Below are positions 1-5,671 of a DNA stretch of 11,277 bases, piece by piece. This stretch comes from Armatimonadota bacterium (GTDB lineage: Bacteria > Sysuimicrobiota > Sysuimicrobiia > Sysuimicrobiales > Humicultoraceae). The position numbers and the translations under genes are program-made. The notes below the pieces were generated by a model. The model did not search any database. It saw only the letters and a list, made by a program, of their open reading frames with translations, and was not told where the DNA came from. Positions within the stretch are counted from its first letter, which is position 1, and the number at the start of each line of letters is the position of its first letter. Location: assembly GCA_037446215.1 (NCBI GenBank), contig JBBIJB010000009.1, positions 1 through 11,277 of the forward strand, in the 5' to 3' direction.

Positions 1-6
1 GAGGAA

Positions 7-36
7 GCGAGGGCGGAGGAACTCCTCCGCCCTCGC
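7..36 (-). terminator. Hairpin, probable intrinsic terminator of the first beta-barrel gene
   Basis: Perfect inverted repeat GCGAGGGCGGAGGA (7-20) / TCCTCCGCCCTCGC (23-36), 25 nt past the stop at 62. On the minus strand it is followed by TTCCTC, a weak U-tract cut off by the window edge. Confidence 0.75.
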
Positions 37-61
37 CCATTTCTAGGTTCAGGCAGCCAGT

Positions 62-760
62 CTACGGAGCCGTGAGGTTCAGGCCCAGGTAGAAGCCCTT
101 CCACTCGACGCCGCAAGGGGTGCCGCCGCACATGACGTTGGCGTTGTAGTCCCAGCTGATCCGCCTGTAGCCGAGCTCCGCGCTCCACATGTCGGACAGG
201 CGGTACCCCACCGCGGCCTTGTAGTCCAGGATCGTGGCGTTCGTCCTGACGTTACCCCCGAGTTTCCAGTTGAGCTGGTTGAATGTCGCCTGCTTCAGCG
301 TGTACCCCACGTCGCCCGTCACGTACCAGTTGTCGCGGAGCTTCGCTGTGCCGTCCAGGCCGATGCGCCATCCGGTCTGGCGGAGGTACCTGGGGTACGC
401 CAGGTCCTCAAACACCGCGCCGCCGTATCCTGCGTAGATGCTGAAGACCCCCATGGGCCACGTGAAGTTCCGGTGCACGTTGAGGTTCCAGAACCTGTTG
501 AACGCCTGGGTGCCGCCGCCACCGGTCCAGCTGCTCACGCCGCCCGTATCAAGGTTGAAGCTCGCGGCCCAGTCGCCGTCCATGAAGTTGCGGCGGATCG
601 ACACGCCTGCGAGCCCTGAGTTGAAGGTGTGGCCGATCTCGTGCAACTTGTTGCCCGTCGACCAGTACCGGAACTGGAACCAGGTCTGGGCAGACGCCGG
701 CATGCTCGTCGTCAGCAGCAGCGCCAGCACGACCGCCGCAATTGCCACGGTCCTGTACAT
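62..760 (-). CDS. Exported outer-membrane beta-barrel-like protein, paralog 1, function unknown
   Basis: 232 aa ORF. GGAGG at 771-775 precedes the ATG. Sec signal peptide with an A-S-A|Q cleavage site. Gly/aromatic-rich mature part with alternating amphipathic strands (WRIGLDGTAKL, WYVTGDVGY, YKAAVGYRL, WSAELGYR, FYLGLNL). Confidence 0.8.
   Translation of the reverse strand: MYRTVAIAAVVLALLLTTSMPASAQTWFQFRYWSTGNKLHEIGHTFNSGLAGVSIRRNFMDGDWAASFNLDTGGVSSWTGGGGTQAFNRFWNLNVHRNFTWPMGVFSIYAGYGGAVFEDLAYPRYLRQTGWRIGLDGTAKLRDNWYVTGDVGYTLKQATFNQLNWKLGGNVRTNATILDYKAAVGYRLSDMWSAELGYRRISWDYNANVMCGGTPCGVEWKGFYLGLNLTAP
671..700. repeat. Residual DNA-level direct repeat shared by the two paralogs (second copy at 1623-1652)
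   Basis: GAACTGGAACCAGgTCTGgGCaGACGCcGG versus GAACTGGAACCAGcTCTGtGCcGACGCgGG, encoding PASAQ(T/S)WFQF in both genes. Confidence 0.7.
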
Positions 761-934
761 GCTCTCTACACCTCCCGGCCTTGTCTCTGTCTGGGGCCCG
801 CGGCGGTATCCGTGTTTTCCGCCTCAAGCGCCCGACGTGCTCGCCGCGCTCTTGAACTAACACCATTCGGGGGGGTGGCCCGCCACTCCTGCCGCCCCGC
901 GGCGGCTCAGGCCCCGGCCGGTGGGCCAGCAAAT

Positions 935-966
935 GCAGAGGAGCCGTCCTGCGACGGCCCCTCCGC
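935..966 (-). terminator. Probable intrinsic terminator of the second beta-barrel gene
   Basis: Minus strand reads GCGGAGGGGCCGTC-GCAG-GACGGCTCCTCTGC-ATTT. The 14-bp stem has two G-U pairs that work only on the minus-strand RNA. It lies about 30 nt after the stop at 996. Confidence 0.7.
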
Positions 967-995
967 TGCCACAACTTCGATGTTCGAGCGCTAGG

Positions 996-1712
996 CTAGC
1001 GCCTTAGGGTGAAGCCCACGAACCACCCAGACCAGCGGGTCTCCATGCCGTCTATCGACCCTGCCTCCGATACGGTGAACCCTCCGGATCGCCAGCCGAC
1101 CTCAACGCTTCCGCCGTTGGTCGGCAGGTTGTAGCCCAGCGCGGCGGAGTAGATGGTCGTCTGCGCCTTTCCCGAGAACCGGGGAGGATCTCGCTCCACG
1201 TTGCGGTAAGCGTAGTTGTGGCCGGGGCCGAGGGTAGCGGAGCCGGCGAAGTACCAGGGGCCCTTGAGCGGTACCTGCAGGTCCACCCCCAGGGCTAGGC
1301 CAGACGACGTCTGCCTGGAGAAGCCCCCGTCGTAGTCGGCCTGCCACCAGTTGTTGCCCCATCCCAGGAAGAACAGGGTCGAGGCAGGCCCGAACTTGAT
1401 CGGCATGCCCACGCCGACGTCGTACCACCGCCAGCGGCCCCCGGTGTAGAGCCCGCTTGGCGAGAAGGAAGAGAGGCCTCCACTGTCTACATTGAGCCTC
1501 AGGCCGTACTTCTGGCCGGGGAACTGCAGGAAGCCCGTGAAGCCCAGCATGGTCGTATTGAATGTGTACGGGAGGTCGCCGAACCCTCCGCCCCTCCAGT
1601 CACCGTTGGACGGGTTGACCCTGAACTGGAACCAGCTCTGTGCCGACGCGGGGATCGTCGCACCGAGCACAACGGCGACGACGATCGCCAGCGCTACCAT
1701 CGTTCTGCGCAC
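996..1712 (-). CDS. Exported outer-membrane beta-barrel-like protein, paralog 2, function unknown
   Basis: The likely start is GTG at 1712, with GGAGG at 1719-1723 and 6 nt spacing, not 1874. This gives the signal peptide MRRTMVALAIVVAVVLGATIPASA|QSWFQFR. Colinear motifs shared with paralog 1: TFN, N.D.GG.SS, RQT, WY, Y.AA.GY, E.G[YW]R, W.G[FW]. Confidence 0.8.
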   Translation of the reverse strand: MRRTMVALAIVVAVVLGATIPASAQSWFQFRVNPSNGDWRGGGFGDLPYTFNTTMLGFTGFLQFPGQKYGLRLNVDSGGLSSFSPSGLYTGGRWRWYDVGVGMPIKFGPASTLFFLGWGNNWWQADYDGGFSRQTSSGLALGVDLQVPLKGPWYFAGSATLGPGHNYAYRNVERDPPRFSGKAQTTIYSAALGYNLPTNGGSVEVGWRSGGFTVSEAGSIDGMETRWSGWFVGFTLRR

Positions 1713-1825
1713 ACCACACCTCCAAGACAAGTGGCCGGGCACCCAGCCGCGCGGCGACTTCCTGGTCTTCCACGCGCCCGGCAGGCGACTCGGCTCCTGC
1801 CTTCTGCCTTCGCGGCCTGGTCTGC

Positions 1826-3954
1826 CTAGTCCTGCCCGCGTCGCTGCCGGCCGCGCGCCTGCGCCAGCCGCCACAGCCGCTCCGCGGACGCCGGCAGGTC
1901 GGTCACGCGAATGCCGGTGGCATCCGCGATCGCGTTGGCGATCGCCGCGGCCGCGGCAACCACCGGGGGCTCGCCGACGCCCCTGGCGCCGAACGGCCCG
2001 TCGTCGGAGGGGATCTCGATCAGGACGGTCTCCACGCCCGGGAGGGAGGTGGACCGCGGCAGGGCGTAATCGGCGAAGGTGGAGGTCAGCAGCGCACCCG
2101 AGGCGTCGTAGGCCACCTCCTCCTGGAGAGCCCAGCCAACCCCCTGAGCGACGCCGCCCAGGATCTGGCCCTCTATCTCGCCCGGGTTGATCGCGAAGCC
2201 CACGTCCTGCACGACGACATGGTCGAGGAGGCGGACGGAGCCGGTCTCGCGGTCGACCCGTACCCGCGCGATGTGGCCCGCGAATCCCGGCGACTGGCGC
2301 GTTATCGCGGTCGAGCCCTGGCCGAACACCGGAGGGTACTTCGCTCCGAAGCGCATGCTCATGGCGGCTACCTCTGCCAAGGGAAGCGCCGCCGCGGGGG
2401 TACCGCGTACCCTCACCTTGCCCTCGACCACGTCGAGGTCCTCGGGGCGCGCCTCGATGTGGTCAGCGGCGATAGCGACAATCTGCCTGCGGGCGTCCTC
2501 GGCCGCCAGCCGGACCGCCGCGCCTACCGTCAGGGTGGTCTTGCTTCCGCCGGCGAGCCCGGCGTAGGGCGCGTTACCGGTGTCGGGGATGACCACCTGC
2601 ACCAGGCCGGGTGCCACCCCGAGCACCTCCGCGGCGATCTGAGCCATCGCGGTTGCCGTCCCGGTCAGGTCCACGGAGCCGACAATGACCTGGAAGGTAC
2701 CGTCGGTGTTCGCGCGCACGCAGGCGCTCGCCGACTCGAGACCGCCCGGCCAGCCTCCCAGGGCTACACCCGTTCCCTCTCCCTCGCGCCTCGGCCGCTT
2801 CCGGAGCGGGTGCGCCGCGATCGCCTCCAGCACCTCGCGCAGTCCCATCTTCGCCCAGAGCCGCCCGTGGGGCATCGGATCTCCGGGCCTGGCGGCGTGG
2901 CGCAGCCTGAACGCGACGGGGTCGGCTCCGAGCAGCGAGGCGATCTCGTCCATCGCCGACTCGATCGCGAACGTCGCCTGGACCGCCCCAGGGGCCCTGT
3001 AGGCGCCGACCGGCGGCTTGTTCGTCAGGACCTCGGAGGCCTCGATCGCGATGCTCGGGAACCGGTAGTACCCTGCGAGCAGCACCGCGGCGACCGTGAG
3101 AGGAGCTCCGGGCGCACTCCCCGAGTCGAACCACATCGTTCCCCGGAGCCCGCCTGGAAGTTGAGGATTTTGCCTCCGAAGGCGCCGCCGACCGCCATCG
3201 GGACCACGCGGACCTTCTGCTGGGGCATCGCCAGCGCCTTGGCGGTCTCTGCGCGGACGTAGAAGTGACCCTGCGTCGAGGTGTAGATCGTGAGCTCGCC
3301 CGTCACGGGATCGACAGCGGCGACGTTTGACTGAGGCTCTATGTACCCCTGGTGTATGCGGGGGGTGGTGTAGCTCCTGCGGACCACGACCTCGGCTGTC
3401 CGCAGCGCCTCGTCGATATCGCCGCGCGAGAAGGCGACCCGGTTCGCGGTGTTGCCCGGCCTCCCGGCCCTGGCCTTCTCCGCCGCGACCGCCGCATGGG
3501 CCTCTGCCTCCTCGTTCTCGGGCAGCTCCTCACCGACGCCGCGAACAAGCGGGGCCCCGTCCGCCAGCGCTTCGCCCACCGTGAGGACCGCCGGCAGCGG
3601 CTCGAACCGCACTCCGCCGCGAAGGGCGTCCAGCCCGTCGGCGGCCGACGCCTCGCTCTCCGCCACCACGACCGCCACCGGCTCGCCGGCATATCGCGTG
3701 ACGCCGTCCGCGAGGAGATCCTGCATCCCCTCCCGGAGCCGGGCCAGATCCCCGTTCGTAACGACCGCGACCACGCCGGGAGTCGCCAGCGCCTGCTCCC
3801 TGTCCACGCCGACTATCCTGGAGCTCGGGTAGGGGCTCAGCAGCAGCCGGGCATGGAGCATGCCGGGCAGGCGGATGTCTCCTGTGTATCTGGCGGTGCC
3901 GGTTACCTTTGCCTGCCCATCCGCGCGTCTGGTCCTACTGCCGACCGCTGCCAT
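1826..3954 (-). pseudogene. Xanthine dehydrogenase/CoxL-family molybdopterin-binding subunit, disrupted by an internal deletion and frameshift near 3152
   Basis: The N-terminal part starts at ATG 3954 (GGAGG 3960-3964) and has KVTGTARY.GD, HQGYIEP, STQG and GGAFGGK. The C-terminal part, in another frame, has FDSG, AYRAPG, AQIAAEVLG, GGSKT, DVGFAINP..IEGQILGG..QGVGWAL.E and GVGEPP (catalytic Glu). The family-typical GRPVK...R.E...DG segment between them is absent. AYRAPG matches neither CoxL form I (AYxCSFR) nor form II (AYxGAGR). Confidence 0.85.
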
Positions 3955-4060
3955 CTGTTCCTCCCTTCCCCGAAGCCGGCCCTGGGCAGTGCCTCCCAGG
4001 GTCTTCGGCGCGCGGTCGTGCCCTGCCCTGCCGGCCGCCTCCCGCGGCGGGCCCGACGAG

Positions 4061-4089
4061 TTGTCGGGGAGTGCCGGGCCGCGTATCAT
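4061..4089 (+). promoter_or_regulatory. Sigma70-type promoter for queF-queT
   Basis: TTGTCG (4061-4066), a 17-nt spacer, then TATCAT (4084-4089), 34 nt upstream of the queF ATG. Confidence 0.65.
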
Positions 4090-4123
4090 GCAGTCGTGGG
4101 AGACAGCCAGGGGAGATGGACGG

Positions 4124-4552
4124 ATGGACTCCAGTGAACGGAAGCCGGGAAGCGCGGTGGAGCGTCGGTGGGACATAGAGGGATACGACGCGATTGCCCC
4201 GGGCCTCGTTGAGACCTTCCAATACGAGCACCCGGGCAGCGGCGCCGTGGTGGAGATCTCCACCGATGAGTTCACCGCGGTCTGCCCCTGGTCGGGCCTC
4301 CCCGACTTCGGGCGGCTCACGGTGCGCTACGTCCCGCACGAACGTGTCCTCGAGCTCAAGTCGTTCAAGTACTACATCCACTCCTACCGGAACGTCGGCA
4401 TCTACCAGGAGCACGCGGCCAACCGGATCCTGGCCGACCTGGTCGGAGCGGTGTCTCCGCGGTGGATGGAGCTGGTCCTGGACTACAACCTACGGGGCGG
4501 GGTGCACACCACCGTGACCGCGCGCTGGCCCGCGGAAGGGCGGCAGGGCTGA
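4124..4552 (+). CDS. queF: NADPH-dependent 7-cyano-7-deazaguanine (preQ0) reductase, unimodular type I
   Basis: EFTAVCPWSGLPDFG contains the catalytic Cys and Asp. QueF motif ELKSFKYY and C-terminal RGG are present. ATG at 4124 follows GGGGAGA at 4110-4116. Confidence 0.95.
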   Translation: MDSSERKPGSAVERRWDIEGYDAIAPGLVETFQYEHPGSGAVVEISTDEFTAVCPWSGLPDFGRLTVRYVPHERVLELKSFKYYIHSYRNVGIYQEHAANRILADLVGAVSPRWMELVLDYNLRGGVHTTVTARWPAEGRQG

Positions 4553-5085
4553 CGGGTAGTGGAAGGCGGCCCGAGCCGGCAGCAGGGCCGGCGCCCTCCG
4601 GGGCGCGCCTGCTTGCGGAGGTCTGCGTGGTGGCTGCCGCCTACGCCGCCCTGACGATTGCCCTCGGCCCGATCAGCTACGGGCCCCTGCAACTCCGCAT
4701 AGCCGAGGTGCTGAAGTCGCTGGTGGTGTGGCGGCCCCACCTCGTCGCGGCATTTGTGGTCGGGAACTTCCTCAGCAACATCACCAGCCCACAGGTCGGC
4801 CCGTGGGAGCTCGCGTTCATGCCGATGGCCAACCTGATAGGCGCCTCCCTATGCGTGGCGCTTGCCGGGCGGCTCGGCTCGCCCTGGGCGGGTAGCGCCG
4901 TCTACGCCGTGGTCATAGCCCTCGCGGTGGCCCTGATGCTGTCGGTGGTGGTCGGCCTGCCGTTCGCGGCGACGGTGCCGCCGCTGCTTGCCAGCGAGAT
5001 CCTGCTGATCGTGGGCGGGGTGCCGATCATGAGGCGCGTGCACCTCGCCGTGCTGGATCTGCGCCGCGGGGCGCCGCCGCGCTAG
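4549..5085 (+). CDS. queT: QueT-family queuosine-precursor transporter (ECF S-component type); start uncertain (CTG 4549 or GTG 4627/4630)
   Basis: Hydrophobic multi-TM protein with the QueT-like N-terminal signature AAAYAALT...PISYGPLQLRIAE.L and GNFLSN..SP..G, directly downstream of queF. Confidence 0.85.
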   Translation: MTGSGRRPEPAAGPAPSGARLLAEVCVVAAAYAALTIALGPISYGPLQLRIAEVLKSLVVWRPHLVAAFVVGNFLSNITSPQVGPWELAFMPMANLIGASLCVALAGRLGSPWAGSAVYAVVIALAVALMLSVVVGLPFAATVPPLLASEILLIVGGVPIMRRVHLAVLDLRRGAPPR

Positions 5086-5555
5086 CGCCCGTCCTGCTCC
5101 AACGTGCTCGACCAGCCGCCTCCCTGTAGCTCCTCTAGCCAACAGGGGACGGCCTCGCGCAGCGTCCACGGCTGCAGGTTCGCCCCGGCCAGGTCCAACT
5201 GATGCTGCCAGAGGAACTCCAGGTGGGGCTCCCTGGAGCAGATCTCCTCGCGCCCGTCCAGGTCCGGGGAGGTCGCGAGGAAGACCAGGTTGATCTCGTG
5301 CACGCGGCCCGAGGGCTCGTCCCAGGCATGCTCGGCGGCCCCGAGGAACCGTCCGACCACTACCTCGAAGCCAAGCTCCTCGGACAGCTCCCGGGCCAGG
5401 GCGGCCCTCGCCGGCTCCCCGAACTCGATGTGCCCTCCGGGCAAGAAGGCGTGCGTGGCGCCTCGCCTGCGTGCCAGCAGAACCTGGTCGCCCCTGCTGA
5501 GCACTGCCCGTGCGATCAGCTCTGTGTGGCGTGCCAGTTCGTCCCGGTACTCCAT
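5082..5555 (-). CDS. Nudix hydrolase, substrate unknown
   Basis: Complete Nudix box G-HIEFG-E-PARAALA-RELSEELGF (GX5EX7REUXEEXGU). ATG at 5555 with GGAGG at 5566-5570. Confidence 0.9.
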   Translation of the reverse strand: MEYRDELARHTELIARAVLSRGDQVLLARRRGATHAFLPGGHIEFGEPARAALARELSEELGFEVVVGRFLGAAEHAWDEPSGRVHEINLVFLATSPDLDGREEICSREPHLEFLWQHQLDLAGANLQPWTLREAVPCWLEELQGGGWSSTLEQDGR

Positions 5556-5589
5556 TACGGGCAGGCCTCCCTTGGCGATCCCCCCGGCT

Positions 5590-5598
5590 TGATATAAT
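5590..5598 (+). promoter_or_regulatory. Extended -10 promoter (TGnTATAAT) for the trehalose synthase/phosphatase gene
   Basis: TG-A-TATAAT at 5590-5598 is a perfect consensus in a very GC-rich background, upstream of the plus-strand gene. TTGGCG at 5572-5577 is only 15 nt upstream. Confidence 0.7.
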
Positions 5599-5622
5599 GA
5601 AGGACGGCGCCGGGCCCGTCCA
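5594..5622 (-). promoter_or_regulatory. Candidate divergent sigma70-type promoter for the Nudix gene
   Basis: Minus strand TGGACG (5622-5617), 17-nt spacer, CATTAT (5599-5594), about 40 nt upstream of the Nudix ATG. Confidence 0.45.
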
Positions 5623-5671
5623 GACCGGCGGTTCCTCGCGAGGTGAAGTGGAGGAGGCAAGAACGAATCAG

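Noticed and set aside
866..876. 11-mer TTCGGGGGGGT also present at 9999-10009, both upstream of minus-strand genes
   Set aside because: Low-complexity G run at different distances from the starts. One such match is plausible by chance at this GC content.
790..910. Possible riboswitch upstream of barrel paralog 1 (stems GGCGG/CCGCC and TCAAG..CTTGA; CCATTCG..GTGG recalls c-di-GMP-I P2)
   Set aside because: The resemblance is on the non-coding strand and lacks the GNRA loop, receptor and GCAAA elements. The short stems are unremarkable in GC-rich DNA.
1713..1874. N-terminal extension of the 996-1874 ORF
   Set aside because: It overlaps the end of the molybdoenzyme gene. The SD and signal peptide fit GTG 1712 and match paralog 1.
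3136..3170. Programmed ribosomal frameshift or natural two-subunit split as the explanation for the break
   Set aside because: No slippery heptamer at the junction, and a conserved segment is missing, which a frameshift could not restore.
1640..3262. 540 aa plus-strand ORF, and similar long antisense ORFs such as 3352-4137, 8106-8693 and 9286-10065
   Set aside because: Antisense shadows of well-supported genes. High GC suppresses stops, and the translations are Arg/Gly/Pro-rich with no recognisable motifs.
1826..3954. Aerobic CO dehydrogenase (coxL) assignment
   Set aside because: The active-site loop is AYRAPG rather than AYxCSFR or AYxGAGR, and no coxM/coxS is adjacent.
4090..4123. preQ1 riboswitch ahead of queF
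   Set aside because: Leader too short, with no P1 stem or A-rich 3' tail.
3860..4320. Long N-terminal extensions of queF (from 3860) and the molybdoenzyme ORF (from 4320)
   Set aside because: They overlap each other and the promoter. Family similarity and SD sites begin at 4124 and 3954.
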